Origin: a virus
Lineage: Duplodnaviria > Caudoviricetes
Reading direction: 5' to 3' (one strand)
Virus record (IMG/VR): IMGVR_UViG_3300006217_000029
Location: 6,185-70,184 of that record
DNA: 64,000 nucleotides
Below the pieces are notes generated by a model. It was not told where the DNA came from. It made no database searches and saw nothing but the letters and a program-made list of their open reading frames with translations. Of this stretch, positions 54,939-64,000 are shown piece after piece (within the stretch, counting starts at the first letter, position 1; every line of letters starts with the position of its first letter). Made by a program: the position numbers and the translations under genes.

Positions 54939-56296
54939 GCGCACATCAGACCATGCCGGCCCCTCTCGCTGATCGGGCCAGGGATGCCTTTTCTCGTATG
55001 GCCGCGGCCTGCCCGGAGGACGGGAAGGTGCTGGGGCAGTACATGGCCGCCCTGCACAAGAAAAACGTCATCGCTCTGGGCGAGGGAGAAGCCTTTGCCC
55101 TCACCGATGCGGAAGGCAGAGCTATCAAAGCCACCAAGCGCATGGTGCGCCTGAGCGCGGAAAACGGCGGTCTGACGCAGCCGGTCTATAACGGTCCGTA
55201 TGTCATATCCGCCCCCGGCTATGCCATGCTGGCCCATGCCGCCGGGGCCGTTGTGATGAACGCACCTACTGTCACCGTTGATGGTGTGGCGCAACAGAAT
55301 CCGTATGTCCGTCGCGGGCCGGACGGAAGCATCATTGAAGTTCACTGCCGGGCCATGGCTTTCCGTTACAACGAGCACGGCCAGCCCATGGTGAGCGACC
55401 GAACTACCATTTTCGACACGGCCACCTACACCCTGGCTGATATGGTGGGCAAGGCGAAAAGGCAGAAAGACGCCTTCAAACTGCTCCCCGCCGGAATGCC
55501 CGCACCGAAACCTGCGGAAGAATGGGCCTGCTACCGGGTGGATGAGGCCGTCAACCTGTGGATGAAAATCACCCACGAGGAAGTCATCAATTTTCTGGGC
55601 CAGGTGCTCAACCGCAAGAAAAAGGCGCTGGAGTTCGCCCAAACCTTTGCCCAGAGAAACGCCTTGAAGCATCTTTTTGGCCTGGCCGTGGTGCCAGGGC
55701 AGGAAAAGAACCATTCCATCAGCGTGTGGGATGTGCCGGTCGTGTGCTGGGCGCCGAGTGACGGCGGATTCATCCGCTTCGACACCTCGCGCTATGCGGC
55801 CTCCACGCAGATCATCGAAGCACTGACCGAAGGCAAACCGGTCGCCCTGCCCGAAGCGCAGCAGCCCATTGTTATCTCTCGCGGCACAGAAGAGGTGCAG
55901 GGCAGTGATATGGACGATGAAGCCGATCCGCTCGAAAATCCCGACCGCTATGAAACGCCGCAGACAGCCGCCGTAATGCCCATGCCCGATCCCATGCCCG
56001 AAGAACAGCCCATGCCGACAGCGGAAGCGCGGCCTCTCCCGACGCCGACAGTTGCCGAACCGCCCCAGGAAGCCCGAACGCAAGCGGATCAGGTGGATCA
56101 GAACCAAAGGGATCACGACTGGACAGAGCGGGAACTGAAGGCGTGGAACAACCTGCGCGTCGCCCGTGAGGAGTTCCCGTCCGAATACGCCGACGCCCTG
56201 ACGGAATGCGGCCTGCTCGACACGGAAGTGAATCCCGGCAACGCGGGCGAAGTGCTGCACACGCTCAACCGGATTCTTGATGGGGGAGAAGCATGA
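54935..56296 (+). CDS. Putative recombination (single-strand annealing-like) protein
   Basis: Position before ATPase/helicase; ALEFAQTFAQRNALKHL helix; Pro/acidic C-terminal tail; family not certain. Confidence 0.45.
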   Translation: MSAHQTMPAPLADRARDAFSRMAAACPEDGKVLGQYMAALHKKNVIALGEGEAFALTDAEGRAIKATKRMVRLSAENGGLTQPVYNGPYVISAPGYAMLAHAAGAVVMNAPTVTVDGVAQQNPYVRRGPDGSIIEVHCRAMAFRYNEHGQPMVSDRTTIFDTATYTLADMVGKAKRQKDAFKLLPAGMPAPKPAEEWACYRVDEAVNLWMKITHEEVINFLGQVLNRKKKALEFAQTFAQRNALKHLFGLAVVPGQEKNHSISVWDVPVVCWAPSDGGFIRFDTSRYAASTQIIEALTEGKPVALPEAQQPIVISRGTEEVQGSDMDDEADPLENPDRYETPQTAAVMPMPDPMPEEQPMPTAEARPLPTPTVAEPPQEARTQADQVDQNQRDHDWTERELKAWNNLRVAREEFPSEYADALTECGLLDTEVNPGNAGEVLHTLNRILDGGEA

Positions 56297-57228
56297 TCAC
56301 CCGTATCTACGCACGCGGCTTTAAAGGCATGGATTTTGACCAGTCCCTCGCGCTGCGCACCGTGATCACAGGGCGTATCGGGAGCGGCAAAAGTTCCCGC
56401 GCCCTCGCCCTGGCTCTGCTGGTAACGGGAAGCCTGCCGGGAACCGGTATCGCCAAATCCAACAGCGATATTCTCAACGCCGTGGGCAACGGCGACAGTC
56501 TGACTGTCGGGCTGGAATTTGATGACGGCGTGACGCTGGAACGCGCATACAAGCGCAAAAAAAACGGCGCGGTGGGCTGCGAATACCGCAACGCCGGAGA
56601 ATCCGTCCCCAAAAACCTGTTTGAACTGGAATTGGATCGCCGGGGGGTGAGCATTGCCGATGTGTCCGCCTTTCTCGCTCTCTCTGACGCGAAAAAGGTG
56701 GACGAATTGTTCCGCCTGTTCCCTCCGGCAGGGGATGTGCGGGGACTTGGCGCGGCCATTACCCGCGCCAAGGAACGCATTTCAGAGCTTGAAAGTGCGA
56801 TCAGGGGCAAGGAGCAATCCTGCCGGAGCATCACCGAATCCCTTGCGGACATGCAGGTACCGGCGGGCACTCTGCCGGAAGTGCAGGCGGCCATTGTGCG
56901 GACTGAACGCGAGTACCAGGCGGCCCGCGACGAACTGACGCGGGAACGCGCGCGACTGGAGCAGGCACAGGTGCGGCCGGAGAGGGAAAAGCCGAATACG
57001 GCACAGCAAAGCACGCTGTTTTCACAACCGCAAGGCGCAATTCAGACCCCGATCCAGAGCGAACAGGACAATACTCAGCCCGCTTTCGTCCACGGCCCCG
57101 GCATTGCCGTCGCCGCTCTGGAACGGGTGCTGTCAGCGCTTCGCCGGGCAGGCTGCGAGGGCTGCGCGGCGCAAATGGTGCTGCGACGCGAACTGAAACA
57201 ACTTCGGACGGAGGCGACCAATGGATAA
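56293..57228 (+). CDS. SbcC/Rad50-like ATPase, N-terminal half
   Basis: ITRIYARGFKG, GRIGSGKS Walker A, coiled coil ending in CEGC. Confidence 0.75.
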   Translation: MITRIYARGFKGMDFDQSLALRTVITGRIGSGKSSRALALALLVTGSLPGTGIAKSNSDILNAVGNGDSLTVGLEFDDGVTLERAYKRKKNGAVGCEYRNAGESVPKNLFELELDRRGVSIADVSAFLALSDAKKVDELFRLFPPAGDVRGLGAAITRAKERISELESAIRGKEQSCRSITESLADMQVPAGTLPEVQAAIVRTEREYQAARDELTRERARLEQAQVRPEREKPNTAQQSTLFSQPQGAIQTPIQSEQDNTQPAFVHGPGIAVAALERVLSALRRAGCEGCAAQMVLRRELKQLRTEATNG

Positions 57229-57808
57229 CGTGGGTATCCTGGAGCAACGGGTTTCCGGCCTTCGGGCGCAACTGGACACGCTACGCGCCGACGAACGCCT
57301 TTTTCAGCGCGCGGCAGGGCTTGAGACCCAGAGAGAAAAAGATCACGCCACAAAGCTGGACCTGGAGGCGGAACTTGAAGCCGCCAAAAAAGCCCTGAAC
57401 GACCTGCGAGACAAAAAGTCCGCGGCCATGCAGGGTACGGCAACGGCCATTGCCGAAAAAATGGGGCGAGTGCTCCCGTATGGGGAAGCCCGGTTCAGCG
57501 TGGATGATGATGGCACTGTTTTTCTTGGTTGGGACATCCCGCGGCACGGCGTCGTGTCCTACGGCGGCTTGTCCGGTGGACAGCGTGTGCTTTTTGAATC
57601 CGCATTGGCCTACGCGTTGACACAACAGGATCGCCCAAATGCGGTCATTCTGATTGAAGGCGCGGAACTTGGTCGGGAAATCGACCTGCTCCTGGAAAGC
57701 GTCGCCAGGGCGAACGTGGACACGCAAATCATCGCCTGCACCTGCCATGAAGTGACCGCCGTCAGCGATGGATGGACGGCTGTGCATGTTCGGGAGGTTG
57801 CGCAATGA
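57221..57808 (+). CDS. SbcC/Rad50-like ATPase, C-terminal half
   Basis: Coiled coil, LSGGQ signature, degenerate Walker B VILIEGAE, TCH H-loop; own GGAGG RBS. Confidence 0.75.
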   Translation: MDNVGILEQRVSGLRAQLDTLRADERLFQRAAGLETQREKDHATKLDLEAELEAAKKALNDLRDKKSAAMQGTATAIAEKMGRVLPYGEARFSVDDDGTVFLGWDIPRHGVVSYGGLSGGQRVLFESALAYALTQQDRPNAVILIEGAELGREIDLLLESVARANVDTQIIACTCHEVTAVSDGWTAVHVREVAQ

Positions 57809-58071
57809 CATACTGCGAAACCTTGCCCGCTTTGCCCGGAGGCGTGGGCGCTCTCTCGGACAGACTTGCGGCTCTGTCCAGGCGCATCGCTGAAACGGGC
57901 GATCTGATCGCGGACTACCGCTTCACGCTGGCCCGTGCCCGGAAACTCGGTATCCCGCTGCCCCGACAGGCCCGGAGAGAAGCTCGGCGAGCCATGCGTC
58001 CCATAGAAAAGGCACACACTATGGCCCTCCTGCGACTGAAAATCATCATGATTGAACACGGGTGGAACTGA
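57805..58071 (+). CDS. Hypothetical protein
   Basis: 88 aa, ATGA overlap. Confidence 0.5.
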   Translation: MTYCETLPALPGGVGALSDRLAALSRRIAETGDLIADYRFTLARARKLGIPLPRQARREARRAMRPIEKAHTMALLRLKIIMIEHGWN

Positions 58072-58072
58072 T

Positions 58073-59848
58073 ATGAGCTTTCATGAACTGAACGCGGAAC
58101 AGCAGGCCGCCGTGCTGGCGGATGAAAAGCGCGTGCTGGTGCTCGCCGGAGCCGGAAGCGGCAAAACCCGCACTTTGGTGGAACGAGTGGCGCACCTCGT
58201 GAAAAACGGTGTCAGTGGCTATGAAATCGTCTGCACTACCTTCACCCGCGCCGCTGCCGGTGAAATGCGGGCACGGCTTGAGGCCCGCATCGGCAGGGAG
58301 GCCCGCAAGGTCACGGTGTCCACGTTCCACGGCCTTGGGCTTGGTCTGTTGAAACGCTACGGCCAGCACATCGGCCTGCGCTACGGCAACCTGACGGTGT
58401 ACACGCCGCTGGAAACGGACATCATGCTCCGCCACCGCGGGGAAATGCTGGGTATGTACAAGGATGGCAAATGGGCAAAGCCGGGTAAACGCGCACTGGA
58501 CGCTTTCATGGCGGCGGTCGAACGCGGCGAAGACGAAACGCTCAAGGATTCACCATTCGCGCCTCTGCGCACGACCTTTGAAGCCGCCTGCCGCCAGAAC
58601 AACGCCCTGCCGTATTACGGACTGATCCACGGGCTTGTGCAACTGGCGGAAGCCGGGAAGGTGCGCGAGTTTACCAGTTGGAAATACCTGTTGGTCGATG
58701 AAGTGCAGGACCTTGACCGGATGCAGTGGCGCGCTCTGGACGCCATGCTTGAACACACGGAAGGCTCCGAACTGTACGCCGTGGGCGATATTTCCCAGTC
58801 CATTTACGGGTTTCGCGGCGCTGTGCCGGAGCATCTGCAATCCCTCATCAATGCGGGCGCATTGACCGTGTATGAACTGCGCTCCAACTATCGCAGTTCC
58901 CCGGCCATTGTGGCGGCCGCAAACGACCTGATCCGCCACAACACCAGCCACCGTGTACTGGAAATGCAGGCCATGCGAGAGACAGAAGGCATACTGCATT
59001 GCCTTGCAAAACTGGGTGAGGCGGATAGCGCCGTGCTGGCGAACATGATTGCGAAATGGCGCGGGCCAACGCCGCCCGTTGTCCTGTGCCGCAACAACCG
59101 GATGCTGGACAAGCTCAGCGAGGAACTGACGGCCCGCGACGTGTCGCACAAGCGCATTGGCAAGCGCACGTCGGCCCTGCATTCTCCCCTGTTTGTCAAG
59201 GCGCACGCGGTGCTGAAGTGCTTCGTCAATCCCCATGACGAAACGGCGTTTCTGCTGGCCCATGAGGGGCTGGGCGTGGATGCGGCGGAATACGCGCAAC
59301 TCCGTGTGGCCGCGGTGGAACGGGGCAAGTCCGGCTTTGAGGTTTTCCGCGAAAATCTGCCCGTGGAACGTCTGGAAACCATGCCCTCGGAAGACGACGC
59401 CACGGCAAACGCTCTCGAATGGTTCGCATCCGGCGGATACCTCTTTGATCCGGCGGACGGGGACAGCCAGTCCTTTCTTGATTGGTTGGGCGACTACATT
59501 TCGGAACATCCTCTGGACACCATCGCCGACTATCTGGATTGGCTGGCGCTTGTCGACGTGCAGGACGAGATGCCCGGCAGGGACGAAGAGCCGGCTATCC
59601 TGCTTATGACCTGCCATGCTTCCAAGGGGCTGGAGTTCCCGTGTGTCATCATCGCGGGCTGCAATGAGAGCGTTCTGCCGGGCAAGCAGGCCGTCGCCGC
59701 CGAAAAGAAAGGCGACACCGCGGCCATCGAAGACGAACGCCGCCTCATGTATGTGGCCGTCACCCGCGCCAGAGATACCCTGATCCTCGCCGTCAGACCG
59801 GAAGACGATGAGCGTTCGTCCCGCTTCCTTGCCGAACTCGGCATGTAA
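58073..59848 (+). CDS. UvrD/PcrA-like SF1 helicase
   Basis: LNAEQ, AGAGSGKT, LLVDEVQD, VGDISQSIYGFRGA, NYRS, TCHASKGLEF, ERRLMYVAVTRA. Confidence 0.92.
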   Translation: MSFHELNAEQQAAVLADEKRVLVLAGAGSGKTRTLVERVAHLVKNGVSGYEIVCTTFTRAAAGEMRARLEARIGREARKVTVSTFHGLGLGLLKRYGQHIGLRYGNLTVYTPLETDIMLRHRGEMLGMYKDGKWAKPGKRALDAFMAAVERGEDETLKDSPFAPLRTTFEAACRQNNALPYYGLIHGLVQLAEAGKVREFTSWKYLLVDEVQDLDRMQWRALDAMLEHTEGSELYAVGDISQSIYGFRGAVPEHLQSLINAGALTVYELRSNYRSSPAIVAAANDLIRHNTSHRVLEMQAMRETEGILHCLAKLGEADSAVLANMIAKWRGPTPPVVLCRNNRMLDKLSEELTARDVSHKRIGKRTSALHSPLFVKAHAVLKCFVNPHDETAFLLAHEGLGVDAAEYAQLRVAAVERGKSGFEVFRENLPVERLETMPSEDDATANALEWFASGGYLFDPADGDSQSFLDWLGDYISEHPLDTIADYLDWLALVDVQDEMPGRDEEPAILLMTCHASKGLEFPCVIIAGCNESVLPGKQAVAAEKKGDTAAIEDERRLMYVAVTRARDTLILAVRPEDDERSSRFLAELGM

Positions 59849-59872
59849 CCAGCTATTCCAAGGAGTTTTGCC

Positions 59873-61318
59873 ATGCCTCACGACGATATGATCACCATCC
59901 ATGCCGACATCCTGCAAGTCACTGACGCCGCTGTGCTGATTACTTGCGGAGGCGAGGAAGTCTGGCTGCCCCTCTCGCAAATCGACTTCGACGGAGAGCG
60001 TGGCGATATGAATGTATCTATTTCACTCCCCGAATGGCTGGCCGATGAAAAGGGCTTGTCCGATGGCGACGGCATGAAGCGGGCCGTTGTGACGACGCTT
60101 TCTCCCACACAGAACGTCTACCGTTCATGCCAGAAGTGCGTCCACTATAGTGACAATGAAAACTACATGCCTGATGTGTGCTATGGATGTTCTCAGGCCA
60201 ACGGAGATGCGACGGAAGACCACTGGGAGGAGGCCCCCACGAACCCGGAGCAGCCTGAAACGGTGACACTGACCGGCTCCGTCATGAACTACAACGAAGT
60301 CAAAAACGGTGAGGCCAGGGAAGTCATCTTCGCCATAGGCCATGAGGACGAATACGGAAATTATGACGAAACGGAATACACCATTCCGCTGAACAAAGTG
60401 CTGTCCAAAGAACTCAACGAAGATGATGTAGACAAGATCACGCTTGCCCGTGCCTACGCTGTGGTGCTTGGCCTGGTGCAGTCAACCGAAGATGACGAAA
60501 GCGACCACGCTTTGCCCCGGCCTGCGGAAGCCTCTTTCCTGAAAACGGAGTTCATCACTGTCTCCGTACCTCTTGATCCTGCCGAGCGCGAGTCTGTCGG
60601 GGATCGCATGGCGAGCGCCTTGGAAAAAATCTCCGAACTGGAAGACGACCTCGACAGCTACCGCAAAAGCATCAACGCTCAGATCAAATCTCTCCAAAAG
60701 GACGCCGAAGCCGCCCGCAAGGAATGGCAGGAAGGCAAGACGGAGCAGGAAGTTTACTGCGATGTCATGGCCGACTACGGCCAGGAAGCGATTATCTGGC
60801 TCGATCATGATACCGGTGACGAGATGAAGCGTCGTCCCATGACAGCGGAAGAACGCCAGTACCGCCTGCCCATTCCCCGCCCCGGAGACAGTACCTCCAC
60901 AACGTCTCCCGACCTCGACGACGGACAAACCGCCCCGCCCCCGATGGGTGAAACCATTGGCACACCTCACGCCACCAACCGTCATACCTGCCTTGATTGC
61001 GGCCACATGCTCGACAACGAAGACGGCAGGCAGGCCGAAGAGTGCGCGTCATGCAACCAGTCCGGCAGCGGTGAGGCGGACAACTGGACGCCCCGACGGG
61101 AATGCCGCACCTGCTCTCACAGCCACGCCACCATAGACCTGCCGCCCTGCAAGGGGTGCGCGCTCAACGTCATGCCGGAACATCGCGGCGACGAAGATCG
61201 TTGGGAATGGACGGACGCCACCAGGGAAAGCGCGGATATTTCCGGCCCCACTTGCGATGCTGGAAGCACCGACAACGCGCCGGGTGCGACGGAGCAGGAA
61301 GCCTATGCCTCCGTATGA
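59873..61318 (+). CDS. Hypothetical multidomain protein with several CxxC motifs
   Basis: N-terminal EEVWLPLSQI..LPEWLA domain, coiled coil, multiple Cys pairs. Confidence 0.7.
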   Translation: MPHDDMITIHADILQVTDAAVLITCGGEEVWLPLSQIDFDGERGDMNVSISLPEWLADEKGLSDGDGMKRAVVTTLSPTQNVYRSCQKCVHYSDNENYMPDVCYGCSQANGDATEDHWEEAPTNPEQPETVTLTGSVMNYNEVKNGEAREVIFAIGHEDEYGNYDETEYTIPLNKVLSKELNEDDVDKITLARAYAVVLGLVQSTEDDESDHALPRPAEASFLKTEFITVSVPLDPAERESVGDRMASALEKISELEDDLDSYRKSINAQIKSLQKDAEAARKEWQEGKTEQEVYCDVMADYGQEAIIWLDHDTGDEMKRRPMTAEERQYRLPIPRPGDSTSTTSPDLDDGQTAPPPMGETIGTPHATNRHTCLDCGHMLDNEDGRQAEECASCNQSGSGEADNWTPRRECRTCSHSHATIDLPPCKGCALNVMPEHRGDEDRWEWTDATRESADISGPTCDAGSTDNAPGATEQEAYASV

Positions 61319-61502
61319 CGACCCGAACCGCCCGGAGTTTACTGGCAAACGCAAGCCCAAAAACTTCGCCCACATCTATGCAAGTTGCAAGGGCGAACGC
61401 CTGAGCGACGGCAAGCCCAACAGACAATGCGCCAAGTGTGGGATGGTCAGTAAAAAGAAAAAGTGCCCCGGCTGCGGATGCACTGTGTTCAACAAAGTGT
61501 AG
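61305..61502 (+). CDS. Small zinc-ribbon protein
   Basis: CAKCG...CPGCGC. Confidence 0.5.
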   Translation: MPPYDDPNRPEFTGKRKPKNFAHIYASCKGERLSDGKPNRQCAKCGMVSKKKKCPGCGCTVFNKV

Positions 61503-61511
61503 GTGAATCCA

Positions 61512-62321
61512 ATGAATAACCCGATAGGCTGGTGCGATATCACCATCAATCCGTTTGTGGGCTGCTCCAAGTGCTCGCCCGGCTGCGATAACTGCTATGC
61601 CGAGCGGTTCGCGGCCCGGATGGCAAAGAACCCGGCCACAACAAAGAAGTATGCCGGAGTGGTGAATGAAAGCGGGGAGTGGACGGGGTGGATATCAGAA
61701 CTGGACATGACATGCTTTGATAAGCTGCCTAAAAAGCCCTGCCGTGTCTTTGTGGGCAGCATGACAGATTTTTTTCATAAAAACGCCGACTTTGACGACC
61801 AAGGGAAAGTCCTAAATCGGATAGCTCATACTGAGCAACACACATTTCTCCTGCTCACAAAGCGCCCGGAGAATGCCTGGAAACGCTATCATACCATGTT
61901 GCCGAATGTATGGCTTGGCGTGACGGTCTGCAACCAGGAAGAGGCGGATGCCAAGATTCCCGTGTTGCTTGATATCCCTGCCGCCAAACGGTTCGTGTCT
62001 ATCGAACCGATGCTGGGGCCGGTGGATTTGACGCACCATTTCTTTTCAGAGCCAACCGGCAAATTCCGAACCAAAAACGGAAAGAGGCAAATGGAGTGCG
62101 TAACGCCGCCTGACGGTGCAATTTCATGGGTCATCTGCGGCGGCGAAACCGGCCTCGGAGCGCGTCCGATGCACCCGGATTGGGCGCGGAGCCTGCGCGA
62201 CCAGTGTGCGGCGGCGGGCGTCCCGTTTTACTTCAAGGGGTGGGGCGGCAGCGGCAAAAAATCTGCACCTTTGCTGGACGGCAGGGAATGGCATCAGTTC
62301 CCGGAGGTATCCAATGCCTGA
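61512..62321 (+). CDS. DUF5131 (phage Gp37/Gp68) radical-SAM-like protein
   Basis: NPFVGCSKCSPGCDNCYAE, FVGSMTDFFH, LLTKRPE, FVSIEPMLG, WVICGGETG. Confidence 0.88.
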   Translation: MNNPIGWCDITINPFVGCSKCSPGCDNCYAERFAARMAKNPATTKKYAGVVNESGEWTGWISELDMTCFDKLPKKPCRVFVGSMTDFFHKNADFDDQGKVLNRIAHTEQHTFLLLTKRPENAWKRYHTMLPNVWLGVTVCNQEEADAKIPVLLDIPAAKRFVSIEPMLGPVDLTHHFFSEPTGKFRTKNGKRQMECVTPPDGAISWVICGGETGLGARPMHPDWARSLRDQCAAAGVPFYFKGWGGSGKKSAPLLDGREWHQFPEVSNA

Positions 62322-62556
62322 TGAATCCTACGCCTTCGTAGATCGTAAATGTCCACGCTGTAACGGCGATGGCACGTTGAAACTCGCCCTACCTGTCACG
62401 CTGTGCCCCCTCTGTAGGGGTACGGGGATAGTGGGCAGCTATGAGCCGGTTCCTGACATGCCCAAGCTCAATTCTACGCTATTTTGTACGTGCCCGGTGC
62501 ATGACAGCTGTTTTGAAAAATTTCGTGACGTTAAAGCTGTAAATAATCACCAATAA
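62314..62556 (+). CDS. Small protein with DnaJ-like CxxCxGxG repeats
   Basis: CPRCNGDG and CPLCRGTG. Confidence 0.55.
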   Translation: MPDESYAFVDRKCPRCNGDGTLKLALPVTLCPLCRGTGIVGSYEPVPDMPKLNSTLFCTCPVHDSCFEKFRDVKAVNNHQ

Positions 62557-62571
62557 TTGATCCGGGAAGTT

Positions 62572-62922
62572 ATGATGGACACCGAACTCCTGACGGCTGA
62601 TGAAATGTGCGAGAGGCTAAAAACCAACTTTGACACGTTTCGCAGGACTTGGAAGCGCTGGAAGCACGAGCGCGTGGGCGTTGGCAATACGCTCCGCTCC
62701 ATGCGCTTCTACTGGCAGTCTGGGCCGGTCAGGGCGGAGGCGACGAACGATGGCGGTATCGAAGTATCAGACAAAGAACGGACCGCGCTGGATTGCCGAC
62801 GTGTATCAGGACGGAATACGCATCGGAAGGAAGGCGGGGTTTCGGACAAGGCGCGACGCACTGGCGTGGGAAGAGGAGCAGAAAACTTGTCGGACGCAGC
62901 CCGAAGATTTGGGCTTGCGTGA
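62572..62922 (+). CDS. Excisionase-like HTH protein
   Basis: ELLTADEMCERLKTNFDTFRR; immediately before and overlapping the integrase. Confidence 0.55.
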   Translation: MMDTELLTADEMCERLKTNFDTFRRTWKRWKHERVGVGNTLRSMRFYWQSGPVRAEATNDGGIEVSDKERTALDCRRVSGRNTHRKEGGVSDKARRTGVGRGAENLSDAARRFGLA

Positions 62923-63922
62923 TGTGTGTACAGCACATCTGCTCTACTGTGAAAGCAGGCTGAAGCCAAACACAATTTCTTACAAAAAAACTGCATACCG
63001 ACGATTCATTGAATATACAGGCGCGATGACTCTGTTTAGGGAAATAGACAAAGCCGCAATAGACAGCTTTGTGGAAGCGGTGGCGAAGATGATAAGCAAG
63101 AAGACAGCAAACAAATACAAGACAGAACTTTCCTCGCTCTGGGCTTGGGCAGGGAAAGAAGGGTATACCATTGGCAACCCCCCACGGCAGATTGATGCCT
63201 ATGCTGTCAAAAAGGCCGTGAAATACATCCCACCAGCCGCGGATATAAAAAGTCTGCTCTCCGTTGCGAAGCCAGGCTTTGAGCACGACTTCCTGACCTG
63301 CCTGCTGCATACCGCAGCCCGTATTTCTGAAATACGGGTTCTGACATGGGAAGACGTTGACCTCGACCGGCGCATCATCACGCTTTGGACCTCAAAGAGG
63401 CGCGGCGGCAACATGGAGGCAAGAAAAATCGCCATGTCCGAGACGCTGGACTCGGTATTGAGCCGCTTGCGCTCAATCAGGGCCAGAGATGAGCGATACG
63501 TCTTCACTGACCCAAAGACAGGCACGGCTTACACACGCACCAGCAACCGCATCAAATATTTCATGCGCGATTTGTGTCTGCGAGCCGGGGTGCCTCATTT
63601 CGGGGCGCACAGCCTGCGACACTTCATCGCTACCGGTTTTCACGATCCATACCGGGCGCAGAAGGTGCTCGGACACCAGAATCTGAAAACCACGGAAATC
63701 TACCTCCACGACTTGGGCGTGGACAGAGAGGCGGCCACTATTTTTGAAGACATCACCAATCGCATCACCAATGAAAAAAAATCGGTGCCGGAAGTCGTCG
63801 TCCGCAAGGGGAAAAATGCCCCTGAAAACGACCCTTTTATAAATTCCACCAATGGAATCACCAATGAAATCACCAATGGCGCAAATTCCACCAATGAAAA
63901 AAGGGGCTACCTTTTACAGTAA
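62750..63922 (+). CDS. int: Tyrosine recombinase (phage integrase)
   Basis: HTAARISE (R), HSLRH, LGH, TTEIY (Y); GGAGG RBS before ATG 62750. Confidence 0.93.
   Translation: MAVSKYQTKNGPRWIADVYQDGIRIGRKAGFRTRRDALAWEEEQKTCRTQPEDLGLRDVCTAHLLYCESRLKPNTISYKKTAYRRFIEYTGAMTLFREIDKAAIDSFVEAVAKMISKKTANKYKTELSSLWAWAGKEGYTIGNPPRQIDAYAVKKAVKYIPPAADIKSLLSVAKPGFEHDFLTCLLHTAARISEIRVLTWEDVDLDRRIITLWTSKRRGGNMEARKIAMSETLDSVLSRLRSIRARDERYVFTDPKTGTAYTRTSNRIKYFMRDLCLRAGVPHFGAHSLRHFIATGFHDPYRAQKVLGHQNLKTTEIYLHDLGVDREAATIFEDITNRITNEKKSVPEVVVRKGKNAPENDPFINSTNGITNEITNGANSTNEKRGYLLQ
63754..63896 (+). repeat. Arm-type integrase-binding repeat candidates (CACCAAT x6)
   Basis: Copies at 63754, 63766, 63847, 63859, 63871, 63889. 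Confidence 0.65.
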
Positions 63923-63928
63923 CCCCTT
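63897..63928 (-). terminator. Terminator-like hairpin downstream of tRNA-Ser
   Basis: Minus strand AAGGGGTTAC...GTAGCCCCTT then T-run. Confidence 0.6.
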
Positions 63929-63934
63929 GAAATC

Positions 63935-64000
63935 TGGCGGAGAGGGGGAGATTCGAACTCCCGGTGCGCTGTTAACGCACACACGATTTCCAATCGTGCT
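63935..64000 (-). tRNA. tRNA-Ser(GGA), 3' part (truncated by window); probable att site
   Basis: Reverse complement: GCACGATTGGAAATCGTGT anticodon arm, long variable arm, GTTCGAATC, CTCTCCGCCA end. Confidence 0.9.

Larger units (their letters stand above)
1..63934. mobile_element. Integrated prophage: P1-like myovirus virion module plus lambdoid-type control/replication/integration module; left end outside window
   Basis: Continuous phage gene content from DarB-like gene to tyrosine integrase; right boundary at a tRNA-Ser 3' end. Confidence 0.95.

Noticed and set aside
63754-63896. CACCAAT repeats as a CRISPR array
   Set aside because: Repeats are 7-14 bp with 5-11 bp gaps and no cas genes; no CRISPR array was seen anywhere in the window.
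1-64000. Second DGR target or VR
   Set aside because: No other copy of the TR 3' end (GGAGGCCGTCTCGC) was noticed by eye; a computed search is needed to exclude it, including outside the window.
1-64000. Portal, prohead protease, IS elements, rRNA
   Set aside because: None recognisable in the window; portal and protease are expected beyond darB, outside the left edge.

Overview
The whole window is one temperate prophage, cut off at the left edge. Its right end abuts the 3' part of a tRNA-Ser(GGA) gene (63935-64000, minus strand), next to a tyrosine integrase. The left ~42 kb (minus strand) is a contractile-tail virion module whose gene order and motifs resemble coliphage P1 as I recall them: PacB-like terminase, gp23-like capsid, gp22 sheath, Tub/BplB, Sit-like tape measure, BplA/gp16/R baseplate, tail fibre, and the capsid-packaged antirestriction cluster hdf-darA-ddrA-ddrB-darB. 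The right ~22 kb is lambdoid-style: O-like initiator with internal repeats, CII/Cro/repressor with five 17-bp operators, recombination genes and int/xis. No par/repA plasmid module is in the window, so this looks like an integrating P1-like phage. The best-supported element is a complete diversity-generating retroelement (RT, Avd, TR 10753-10851, VR 12410-12508). TR and VR differ at 12 positions, all TR adenines, and it diversifies the tail-fibre tip where P1 has its Cin inversion system. Other highlights: a DdrA-like protein fused to a ClpP-type protease, with a GVFESAD motif shared exactly with the major capsid protein; an alternative-frame ORF nested in a C5 methyltransferase; a Rad50-like ATPase split at its zinc hook; a start-less tail-chaperone ORF suggesting a programmed frameshift; and several decayed genes. 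P1 assignments rest on remembered motifs and synteny, not database searches. The host cannot be fixed from this window.
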